NCBI GenBank assembly: GCA_017997155.1
Contig: JAGOFO010000008.1
Span: 1 to 34,685, forward strand
Length of the DNA: 34,685 bases
Source: Myxococcota bacterium
GTDB lineage: Bacteria > Myxococcota_A > UBA9042 > DTJE01
Direction of reading: 5' to 3'
Shown here: piece by piece, positions 1 through 7,363 of the stretch
How positions within the stretch are numbered: the stretch's first letter is position 1
How the letters are laid out: the number at the start of each line of letters is the position of its first letter
The notes under the pieces: generated by a model
Database searches by the model: none
Told to the model about the DNA's origin: nothing
What the model saw: only the letters and a program-made list of their open reading frames with translations
Made by a program: the position numbers and the translations under genes

Positions 1-118
1 GGCCCGTTCCGCGTCCCGAACCGATCCGACGGTGGTTCTTTCCCAGGAGTGACATCGCGGCCAGTCCGTTCCGACGTTGCCCTGAAACACTAGCCGACAA
101 GTTGCCGATACAGGGCTC

Positions 119-2638
119 ATGCGCGATGAGTTCAGAGCCAGACCGGTGTTCATCGTATTTGGCCTTTTCCTTGGCGGAGTGATCGCCGGGAACCAGGGAA
201 AGGCTGCCGGGATCCTTCTATTTTCCATCCTGGTCATGCTGCTGTCCCAGGTCATCCACATGATTCTGGCGCCTGGTCCGTTCTTTTCCCGCAGGAATTC
301 ATGCTTTTCCTGTTTGTTTCCATTTTTCACCATTGCGGTCGTTTTCACCGCCGGCGCGATCAGGGTGGAGCTTCCTCCGGAACCGGATTGGGCCTTCAAA
401 GGCATGAACGGCGCCGGGACAGGCGCTGTCGTCCGCATCGATCAGATGATACGGCGCGATGAGTTCGAGACGAGCGCGCTGGTTACGGTCGCAGGCCTGG
501 CGGGCAGTCGGGTCGACGGGACGGTCACCCGTTTGAGATGTTTCGCCCGGGATGGCGGCCGCGGTCAATGCGCGGGAATCGTCGTTGGAAGAACACTGGC
601 CGTGCGGGGAAAGGTTCTGACGCATCAGGGCGGCGCGACGTCGATCATCGTCGATCAGGGCGGACTGATACCTGTCGAGCGTGTCGGCGAACCGTTTCGG
701 GTGGCTGGCCGGGTGGATCGTCTGAGGGCCGCCCTTTACGAATCGGTTTCGGGCAATCTCACGGGACACGCCGCGTGGCTTGTCCCTGCCATCGTGCTGG
801 GCGAGGGAAGAGGGGTGCCTTTCGTGGAAAGGGCCGCCCTGTCCGCCCTTGGCACCTCGCACGTCCTGTCGGTATCAGGCCTTCACGTGGTCGCCGCATC
901 TGCCGCCTGCGGTGTCGCCGTTGCCGTGATTGCCGGCATCCTGGCCGCCTGCTTCCGACAGAGGACCAATATCGCGGCAATAGCCGGTCTGGTGTCGGTC
1001 GCCGCGGCCTGGGGCGTGTGCCTCCTTGCGGCATCTCCTCCGCCCGCCGTGCGCGCGGCCGGGATGGCGACCATGTTCTGGTTGACCGTGCTCCTGCGGC
1101 GGCGCGTCTCTCCGGTGACGGTTGTTTCCCTGACCGGGATCCTGGAACTCCTGGTGTCGCCTCTCGACGCGCTCTCCATTTCTTTTCAACTGTCATACGC
1201 CGCAGTTTTCGGGATTCTCGCCGTAACCGGACGCGTCAGGGAACAGGTCCGGGATCGGGAGTCCGGCAACGCGAATCGCGGTCGCTTCCGCCTCATTCTT
1301 CTTCGTCTGTGGCGTCCTGTCAGGACAAGTCTGGCGGTCTCCATCGGCGCCTCGCTGGCGACCACGCCACTCACTGTTGCGTATTTCAATTCCGCGCCGC
1401 TGGTCGGACCGCTGGCAAATCTCGTCTTCGTTCCCCTTTTCTCGTTCTTCGCCTTTCCAGGCGCGATCCTTGTTCTGCTTATTTCGCGGATCACAATGTC
1501 CGAATCGCCGTCCGCCCTGTTCAACGTGTTGACAAACCTGTACTGCGGCGGCGTGGACATCCTGATCGACGTCGAGGTCCTGATCGCCAGAAATCTGCCG
1601 ACCTGGATGGTTCACCAGTTCTCGCCTGTGGATAACCTGATTGCCGGAGTGGCAGCAGGCCTCCTGGTATCGTTCATGCCTGGCAGCAGGCGCCTGCGCA
1701 TCGGATCGGCTGTCATCGTCGGAGCCTTCGTGATGGTCGCGGTCGGTTGGAATGCGCGACCCGAACCGGGAGTCACGTTCCTGGACGTGGGCAAGGGCGA
1801 CGCCGCGGTGGTCCGCTGCCCTTCGGGCGAAACCTGGCTGGTGGACACCGGCCCGCCGCCCGCGTCAAGGGATTTGCTCCTGGACGCGCTTGCACGCGCG
1901 GGAGTTTACGATGTCGACGGAGTGATTCTGACCCATGCCCACGATGACCACTTCGGTGGCCTGGTCACGCTGGCACGGTTCTCCGGTCCTTTCGAACTGG
2001 CCCTGTCCGAACAAACCCTGAGCGGCATCGCGGACCTCGCGGAACTGGTCAGGACCATGGGAGGTTCGATTCGCGTGCTTCGGGAGGGGGACAAGGTTAT
2101 CCCGGGATGCGGCGTCGAATCGGTCGTTCTTCAGGCTGGGACGGCCGGCCATTCCGGGGCCGCCACGAACCCGGGCGAAAACGATTCCTCGCTCGTCTTC
2201 AGGCTGGGGCCGCCCGGAATGGATGTTCTGTTCATGGGCGACCTGGAGTTCGCGGGCGAAGATGTCTTTCTGGACCGCGGCAATGTCCCAACTGCGCGAA
2301 TTCTGAAGGTTGGACATCATGGAAGCCGCGGATCGACCTCGCTCGAATTCCTGGCGGCGGTCAGGCCGCGCCATGCCTTGATAATGGGCTGGCCGAACGG
2401 ACCCAGGGTCGGTCCATCCGATCTGCTTCTTGAGCGGTTTATTCAATCAAAATCTATGGTTATCGCGACATCGCTGGTCGGCGACGTGACAGTCGAAATT
2501 GGAAAAAATCGATCGGAAAAAATGCCACTATCTCCAGTATTCAAGCCTCGAGCTGGCATCCCGCAGGACTTTTCCGGCGTTAATAGTCTATTCAGAGATA
2601 CTAACAAAATGATTAAAAAGTCCTCTGGTGCCCGATAG
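119..2638 (+). CDS. comEC: ComEC/Rec2 family DNA-internalization competence protein
   Basis: 839-aa ORF. A long polytopic membrane region is followed by a C-terminal metallo-beta-lactamase fold with HxHxDH (ILTHAHDDHFGG) and KVGHHGSRGS, the usual ComEC domain order. The last ~45 codons run through a low-GC tract. Confidence 0.85.
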   Translation: MRDEFRARPVFIVFGLFLGGVIAGNQGKAAGILLFSILVMLLSQVIHMILAPGPFFSRRNSCFSCLFPFFTIAVVFTAGAIRVELPPEPDWAFKGMNGAGTGAVVRIDQMIRRDEFETSALVTVAGLAGSRVDGTVTRLRCFARDGGRGQCAGIVVGRTLAVRGKVLTHQGGATSIIVDQGGLIPVERVGEPFRVAGRVDRLRAALYESVSGNLTGHAAWLVPAIVLGEGRGVPFVERAALSALGTSHVLSVSGLHVVAASAACGVAVAVIAGILAACFRQRTNIAAIAGLVSVAAAWGVCLLAASPPPAVRAAGMATMFWLTVLLRRRVSPVTVVSLTGILELLVSPLDALSISFQLSYAAVFGILAVTGRVREQVRDRESGNANRGRFRLILLRLWRPVRTSLAVSIGASLATTPLTVAYFNSAPLVGPLANLVFVPLFSFFAFPGAILVLLISRITMSESPSALFNVLTNLYCGGVDILIDVEVLIARNLPTWMVHQFSPVDNLIAGVAAGLLVSFMPGSRRLRIGSAVIVGAFVMVAVGWNARPEPGVTFLDVGKGDAAVVRCPSGETWLVDTGPPPASRDLLLDALARAGVYDVDGVILTHAHDDHFGGLVTLARFSGPFELALSEQTLSGIADLAELVRTMGGSIRVLREGDKVIPGCGVESVVLQAGTAGHSGAATNPGENDSSLVFRLGPPGMDVLFMGDLEFAGEDVFLDRGNVPTARILKVGHHGSRGSTSLEFLAAVRPRHALIMGWPNGPRVGPSDLLLERFIQSKSMVIATSLVGDVTVEIGKNRSEKMPLSPVFKPRAGIPQDFSGVNSLFRDTNKMIKKSSGAR

Positions 2639-2715
2639 AACTGGACTTGCGCTTTTCCATCCAGATCCAGTCCGAAGGTGTTGAGAGGCTCTTTTTCCTG
2701 CCTTTTGCAGTTTTC

Positions 2716-2744
2716 TTGACGGTTGCGGTGTTCGGGGTTATGCT
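2716..2744 (+). promoter_or_regulatory. Candidate sigma70-type promoter for the dcw operon (TTGACG - 17 nt - TATGCT)
   Basis: TTGACG at 2716-2721, a 17-nt spacer, TATGCT at 2739-2744. It lies in the low-GC gap between comEC and mraZ. A perfect TATAAT also sits at 2778-2783 but with a poor -35. Sequence pattern only. Confidence 0.3.
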
Positions 2745-2833
2745 CGGGTCGTATCGTACAAGATATTGTAATCACGATATAATTCGGTCAACTTCCGTTT
2801 CGTTGGTTCTGACCCCTTTTCAATCCGAAAGTT

Positions 2834-2896
2834 TTGGAGGATATTGGCCACTGATTGGACTCCCAGTGGTTCGACTGGCCTTTGGCGGGACGGTGG
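2834..2896 (+). promoter_or_regulatory. Phased (T/G/C)TGG direct repeats, candidate MraZ operator
   Basis: TTGG at 2834, 2844, 2855 and 2882; GTGG at 2866 and 2893; CTGG at 2875. GG-to-GG spacing is 10, 11, 11, 9, 7, 11 nt. The repeats lie between the candidate promoter and the mraZ start, where E. coli MraZ binds its TGGGN repeats spaced about one helical turn apart. Confidence 0.25.
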
Positions 2897-2899
2897 AGT

Positions 2900-3436
2900 A
2901 TGGCCATCAGAAAAGTCAACGACGACCTCTTCGGCATGTGGGAAGCGACTCTGGACGTCAAAACAGGACGTTTCCAGGTCCCGAACGAGGTTTACCTTTA
3001 TTTGCGCAGCAAGGTCTTTCTGACTCTCGACCCGCTTGACAGGTTCGTCGAGGCCAGATCCGAGACCGGGTTCGCCGAACTGGTCGAACGCATCACCGCC
3101 GCGGAAAGCAGCCTGCCGGTCGAGGTCGTCGCGGCCCTCAGGACGGATTACCTCGGCTACTCGGCTGAAACCGGGATCGACGCGGCGCTGCGTCTGCTCG
3201 TTCCGCGCCGCATGAGGGACACGCTTGACGACGACGACTTGATTCTCATCGGCGCCAAGGACGTCCTTCAGATATGGCCGGCCAAGCGCTACCGCGCCAC
3301 CCGTGGCGAACGCATGGCCGCCATTGCCAAGCACTACCCCTCGTACCAGGCGCTCATTCTCGGTGTTCCGATGCAGGCGTCGGTTCCGGTCACTGCGCCC
3401 CAGACCCCAACGGCTTGTGATGATGGAGAAGCCTGA
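2900..3436 (+). CDS. mraZ: Transcriptional regulator MraZ (divergent, C-terminally extended)
   Basis: Lies immediately 5' of rsmH with a TGATG stop/start overlap. It has two MraZ half-domain motifs: LDVKTGRFQVP, and IDAALRLLVP...LILIGAKDVLQIWP (compare E. coli DAAGRLLI...LVGQ.NKFELW, from memory). Start uncertain: the ORF opens at 2855, and ATG 2900 and ATG 2936 are both possible. Confidence 0.6.
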   Translation: MAIRKVNDDLFGMWEATLDVKTGRFQVPNEVYLYLRSKVFLTLDPLDRFVEARSETGFAELVERITAAESSLPVEVVAALRTDYLGYSAETGIDAALRLLVPRRMRDTLDDDDLILIGAKDVLQIWPAKRYRATRGERMAAIAKHYPSYQALILGVPMQASVPVTAPQTPTACDDGEA

Positions 3437-4332
3437 TGCCCGACGTGGCCCACATCAGCGTGATGCAGGAGGAGGTCATAACACTCCTGCGCGGCGCGCG
3501 CGCCGGCTGGATCGTGGACGGCACGGTCGGTCAGGGTGGGCACTCCAGGGCGATCCTGGCGGCCACCCCAATCGAACTTCGAGTCCTTGGCTTTGACAGG
3601 GATCCCCAGGCAATCGCGGCCTCGCGGGTGCGTCTGGCCGAGTTTGGCGATCGGTTTGTGGCGGTACACGCGGGATACGAGACGATCGCCGCCGTGGTCG
3701 CCTCCATGGGAATTTCCCCGGTAGTCGGCATCCTTCTCGATCTTGGCCTGTCCAGCACTCAGCTCGGTTCGGACAGGGGATTCTCGTTTTCAGGCGACTC
3801 CTCGCAGCCTCTCGACATGAGGTTCGATCCCGGTGACGGCGTGACCGCCGCGGACGTGATAATGGCCCTGCCGATCAAGACCCTCGCCGAGCGGTTCCGT
3901 GAGCTTGCGGACGTGCCGATGGCCGGTCGTCTTGCCCGAATCCTGAAGGAAGAGGCCGGAAAGGGGCGCATGCAGACTGTCGGCGAGTTCGTCGACGTCT
4001 GTCACCGGATCTATGGACCGCGTATCAGGCGGCTCCCCAGCCCGACGCTTCCGGCGCAGGCGCTTCGCATGATGGTAAACAGCGAACTCGAGCGACTCTC
4101 CTCCTTCTTCGATGCTGTCGATGGCGTAATGGCTCCCGGTGGAACCCTGGTGGCCATTTCCTTCCACAGCGGCGAGGACCGGATAGTCAAACACTCGATG
4201 CGGCGGATGGCGAAGGAAGGGTGGTCGCTGCCGTTCGTGAAGCCCATGCTTCCGAGCCCGGCGGAATGCGAGACAAACAGCCGTTCAAAGTGCGCCCGCC
4301 TCCGGGCGGCCGTGAGGTGCCAGGCGATATGA
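3436..4332 (+). CDS. rsmH: 16S rRNA (cytosine1402-N4)-methyltransferase RsmH
   Basis: 298 aa with motifs HISVMQEEV, DGTVGQGGHS and SFHSGEDRIVK. GGAG lies 7 nt upstream of the ATG. Canonical position after mraZ. Confidence 0.9.
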   Translation: MPDVAHISVMQEEVITLLRGARAGWIVDGTVGQGGHSRAILAATPIELRVLGFDRDPQAIAASRVRLAEFGDRFVAVHAGYETIAAVVASMGISPVVGILLDLGLSSTQLGSDRGFSFSGDSSQPLDMRFDPGDGVTAADVIMALPIKTLAERFRELADVPMAGRLARILKEEAGKGRMQTVGEFVDVCHRIYGPRIRRLPSPTLPAQALRMMVNSELERLSSFFDAVDGVMAPGGTLVAISFHSGEDRIVKHSMRRMAKEGWSLPFVKPMLPSPAECETNSRSKCARLRAAVRCQAI

Positions 4333-4631
4333 GCATGCGTCACCCCGGCAGTCTGAACTGGCCCTACGTTTTTCTCGCGATTGCGATCGCCGGCGCCTTT
4401 CTGTTCGCGGGATTCAAGATGGTTCACGACTCCCGGATGCTCGTGGCGCAGCGCAACGAGGTGTTCAGGGAGGTTCGCACGCAGAAGCAGCTCGAGGACG
4501 AGCGCAAGCGGTTGCTTAACAGGCTTGCCCCTTTGATGGCGGCCACCAGGCTGAAGCTTGAGAGTCTCGAGCTGGGCCTCACGGTGCCTGACGAAAGGCA
4601 CGTAATCGTGATTGAACCGGAGGCGAAGTGA
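4329..4631 (+). CDS. ftsL: FtsL-like cell division protein (positional call)
   Basis: ATGA overlap with the rsmH stop. About 100 aa, with a single TM (WPYVFLAIAIAGAFLFAGF) followed by a charged helical segment (REVRTQKQLEDERKRLL). Sits in the position between rsmH and ftsI. The ORF track opens earlier at 4221, inside rsmH. Confidence 0.6.
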   Translation: MSMRHPGSLNWPYVFLAIAIAGAFLFAGFKMVHDSRMLVAQRNEVFREVRTQKQLEDERKRLLNRLAPLMAATRLKLESLELGLTVPDERHVIVIEPEAK

Positions 4632-5395
4632 TGGGACGGACTATCCGATTCGCATTGTTCCTTGCTGTCAGCCTGGCCCTCTGCTCCTGTGGCAGGACCA
4701 TCTCGCCCGACGATCAGCTCGCAAGTGAATATCATTATAAATTAGCGCGCAACTATTATAATGATCACAACATAGCTATGACGCAGCGCGAGCTGCATGA
4801 ATCACTCACGCTCGACCCGTCGAATGCCGAGGCGCGCCACCTGAAGGGCTTCCTGATGATGGGTCTTCGGGACTGGGAGGGCGCGGCCCATGAGTTCAGG
4901 CTTGCGCTTCAGTTTCAGCCGGATCTGCGTGAGGCGCGTAATAATCTTGGTGTCGTCCTTATCGAACAGGGAAACTATGAAGAGGCGATCGAGACGATCG
5001 AGCCCCTGATCTCCGATCCGCTTTACGGCACGCAGTACATAGCGCAAGGCAACCTGGGCCTTGCATATATGAAACTGGGCGATCTCGAAAATGCCCGCAA
5101 GCACCTCGAGATGGCGGTGTTCCTTCTGCCGTCATTCGTTCTCGGAAACAACAATCTCGGCATTGTGTACATGAAGATGAACCGCACGCGCGACGCGCTC
5201 GAAGCCTTTGAGCGCGCGCTCAAGCACGCTCCCAAGAACTACGCGGAACCGATGTACTGGATCGGCGTCATCTATCAGAAGGCGGGGCGCTACGAGGAGG
5301 CAGTCGCCTCCTTTACCAGGTGCGCGGAGATCCTGGGTGACACCCCTCTTGGCAAGCGTTGCGCGGCGCGCGCGGCGGGTGATCTGCTGGAGTAG
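4631..5395 (+). CDS. TPR-repeat lipoprotein, PilF/PilW/Tgl-like
   Basis: Signal peptide with lipobox (FLAVSLALCSC), then several TPR units. The segment RNNLGVVLIEQGNYEEAIETIEPLISDPLYGTQYIAQGNLGLAYMKLGDLENARKHLEMAV resembles my recollection of Pseudomonas PilF (LNNYGGFLYEQKRYEEA...LYPERSRVFENLGL). Start is ATG 4631 (1-nt overlap with the ftsL stop) or GTG 4628. Confidence 0.75.
   Translation: MGRTIRFALFLAVSLALCSCGRTISPDDQLASEYHYKLARNYYNDHNIAMTQRELHESLTLDPSNAEARHLKGFLMMGLRDWEGAAHEFRLALQFQPDLREARNNLGVVLIEQGNYEEAIETIEPLISDPLYGTQYIAQGNLGLAYMKLGDLENARKHLEMAVFLLPSFVLGNNNLGIVYMKMNRTRDALEAFERALKHAPKNYAEPMYWIGVIYQKAGRYEEAVASFTRCAEILGDTPLGKRCAARAAGDLLE
4731..4765. repeat. Perfect 10-bp inverted repeat (ATCATTATAA / TTATAATGAT) with a 15-nt spacer, inside the TPR gene
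   Basis: Arms at 4731-4740 and 4756-4765 are exact reverse complements. The spacer ATTAGCGCGCAACTA contains GCGCGC. Each arm carries TATAAT on one strand. The confidence value is for the repeat existing; its function is unknown. Confidence 0.9.
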
Positions 5396-5404
5396 GAGAG
5401 CTCG

Positions 5405-7363
5405 ATGAACCACGGGACGGGCGTCAGCAAGCTGGTAGACAGAACCCTGCGAAGGGTTACTGGCAGCGCCTCGTCCGAGCAGCGACGTCCATTGATTGTG
5501 ATGGCGGCGATCGTGGCCGGCTGCATGCTGGCGCTGTTGCTGTTTGTCGCCGTGGCGGGACGTCATCAGCTCGGCAACCGTCTGGAAGCCGAGATCGCTC
5601 TGCGCAAGGCCGTGACCAGGACCAGCGCTTTCAAGGGCACGCGCGGAACCATCTACGATTCGACCGGAAACCGCGTTCTCGCGGTCTCCGTGGAAAGCTC
5701 TTCGGTCGGCTATTACTGCGGCGTACCGGACGGGACATTCCAGAGGATCGCCGTCAGTCTTTCAACCGCGCTCGGCATGGGTATCGAAGATGTGACCGCT
5801 CTGATGCGCGAGGGAAACCGCAAGGGTTCCGTCATATTCATCAAGCGGCATATCTCCGAGGAAGAGGAACTCCGAATCCGGGAACTGCAGCTTCCGCACG
5901 TCTCCATCCAGCCCGACTCCAAGCGCATCTATCCTCTGGAGCACTCGATGGGCGTCCTGCTCGGATTCGTCGCTCCAGACAGCAAAACCTGGGGCGAGTA
6001 TGTCGGCAGGATGGGCGTGGAAGCAGCGTGGGACAAGGTGCTTGCCCCCACATCCGTTTCGGTTCGCCGCGGACGCACCACCGACATTGGCGCCTGGCGG
6101 CCGTGGCGGGGCGCGGCAAAGGGAACGACGTACTCGTCAGGCAGAACCATTCGCAATGCGAATGAATCATGTCAGCACAGAGGTGTCGATGCCTGGCAGC
6201 TCGACGGAGCCGATCTCGAACTGACCCTTGACTTCGACCTGCAGATCATCCTGGACGAGGCCCTGCTGGAGGCGGTCATTCGCGAGGAGGCCGATGGCGG
6301 GATGGCGGTCATCCTGGATGCTCGGAATTTCAACGTGCTGGCGATGTCCTCGTATCCGTTTCTCGATCCGAACAACTACAAGGAAATGTGCGCGATCGAC
6401 GGCAAGCGTGAATCTCAGGTCGTTCTGGACGATGTGACGAACCCCTGCCTGAACAAGGTGCTCGCGTTCCCGTTCGAACCTGGATCGATCGCCAAGCCGG
6501 TGGGACTCGCCGCAGGGATGGAACTCGACAGCAGCATCACTCTGAACAAGTCTTTCGACAACGGCAACGGGGTCTGCTTCATCGGCCGAAACCGGGTATC
6601 CGACAAGATACGACTTGACAGCCCGCCGATGTGGAAGGTGATCAAGTACTCGTCCAACTGCGGCATGCAGGCTATGGCGTCGACCCTCGATCCCGAGGAG
6701 ATGCGTCAGTTCTACATCAAGATGGGCCTGGGACAGAAAAGCGGGATCGACGTGGCCGAGAGCATCGGCCTTGTGCACAAGACATGGCCGCTGTACCGCG
6801 CGCGTTCCGCGTCGTTCGGATACAGCTTCCGCGCCACCCTCCTGAACATGGCGGTCGCATACGCCACGCTGACAAACGACGGCGTCAGGCTTGAACCCAA
6901 GGTCGTGAAAACGGTCCGATGGCCGGACGGATTCGTCGAGAACGTCGTTTCGGCCGATGGAGTCAAGGTGATGTCCGCGGAACACGCCCGTGACGTTCGC
7001 AGGGCGCTCGTTCATGTCGTCATGGACGACAAGGTCGGTGAAGAGAGAGCGGGCACCGGGGCCAAGGCAAGACCGAGGAATTACACCGCAGGCGGAAAGA
7101 CCGGCACGGCGGAAACCGAGGACGAATCCGGCGCGGTCATTGACCTGAAGTGCTCGTTTGCAGGCTTCGCGCCGGCGAATGATCCCAGAGTCGTGGTGGC
7201 GGTCACGCTGATTCGTCCAAAACGAAATAAGTCCGCGGCCATGACGGCGGCTCCTGTGTTCTCGAAGGTAATTGACCTGGTGCTGCCGGTTCTGGGGGTC
7301 AAACCGGATCGTCAGCAGTCTCCGGTGGCAATCAGGAAGGAAGACGTCGAGGTGCCGCGATGA
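5405..7363 (+). CDS. ftsI: Class B penicillin-binding protein / peptidoglycan D,D-transpeptidase FtsI
   Basis: 652 aa with an N-terminal TM anchor. Transpeptidase motifs are SxxK (GSIAKP), SxN (YSSNCG) and KTG (GGKTGTA). Sits in the dcw position of ftsI. Confidence 0.9.
   Translation: MNHGTGVSKLVDRTLRRVTGSASSEQRRPLIVMAAIVAGCMLALLLFVAVAGRHQLGNRLEAEIALRKAVTRTSAFKGTRGTIYDSTGNRVLAVSVESSSVGYYCGVPDGTFQRIAVSLSTALGMGIEDVTALMREGNRKGSVIFIKRHISEEEELRIRELQLPHVSIQPDSKRIYPLEHSMGVLLGFVAPDSKTWGEYVGRMGVEAAWDKVLAPTSVSVRRGRTTDIGAWRPWRGAAKGTTYSSGRTIRNANESCQHRGVDAWQLDGADLELTLDFDLQIILDEALLEAVIREEADGGMAVILDARNFNVLAMSSYPFLDPNNYKEMCAIDGKRESQVVLDDVTNPCLNKVLAFPFEPGSIAKPVGLAAGMELDSSITLNKSFDNGNGVCFIGRNRVSDKIRLDSPPMWKVIKYSSNCGMQAMASTLDPEEMRQFYIKMGLGQKSGIDVAESIGLVHKTWPLYRARSASFGYSFRATLLNMAVAYATLTNDGVRLEPKVVKTVRWPDGFVENVVSADGVKVMSAEHARDVRRALVHVVMDDKVGEERAGTGAKARPRNYTAGGKTGTAETEDESGAVIDLKCSFAGFAPANDPRVVVAVTLIRPKRNKSAAMTAAPVFSKVIDLVLPVLGVKPDRQQSPVAIRKEDVEVPR

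Noticed and set aside
1-118. Possible 3' end of an upstream plus-strand gene (frame ending at TGA 50-52) or 5' end of a divergent minus-strand gene (ATG at 55-53).
   Set aside because: The fragments are too short (under 20 codons) to support either call, and no motif or convincing SD is present.
2861-2880. tRNA T-loop-like GGTTCGA (CCAGTGGTTCGACTGG).
   Set aside because: Only a 4-bp stem with an 8-nt loop can form, and no acceptor, D or anticodon arms can be drawn around it. It lies within the TGG-repeat region just upstream of mraZ.
2647-3039. 130-aa plus-strand ORF in the comEC-mraZ gap.
   Set aside because: It spans the low-GC promoter-like region and overlaps the mraZ start out of frame. 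The product is hydrophobic and low-complexity with no SD. It is more plausibly non-coding regulatory DNA.
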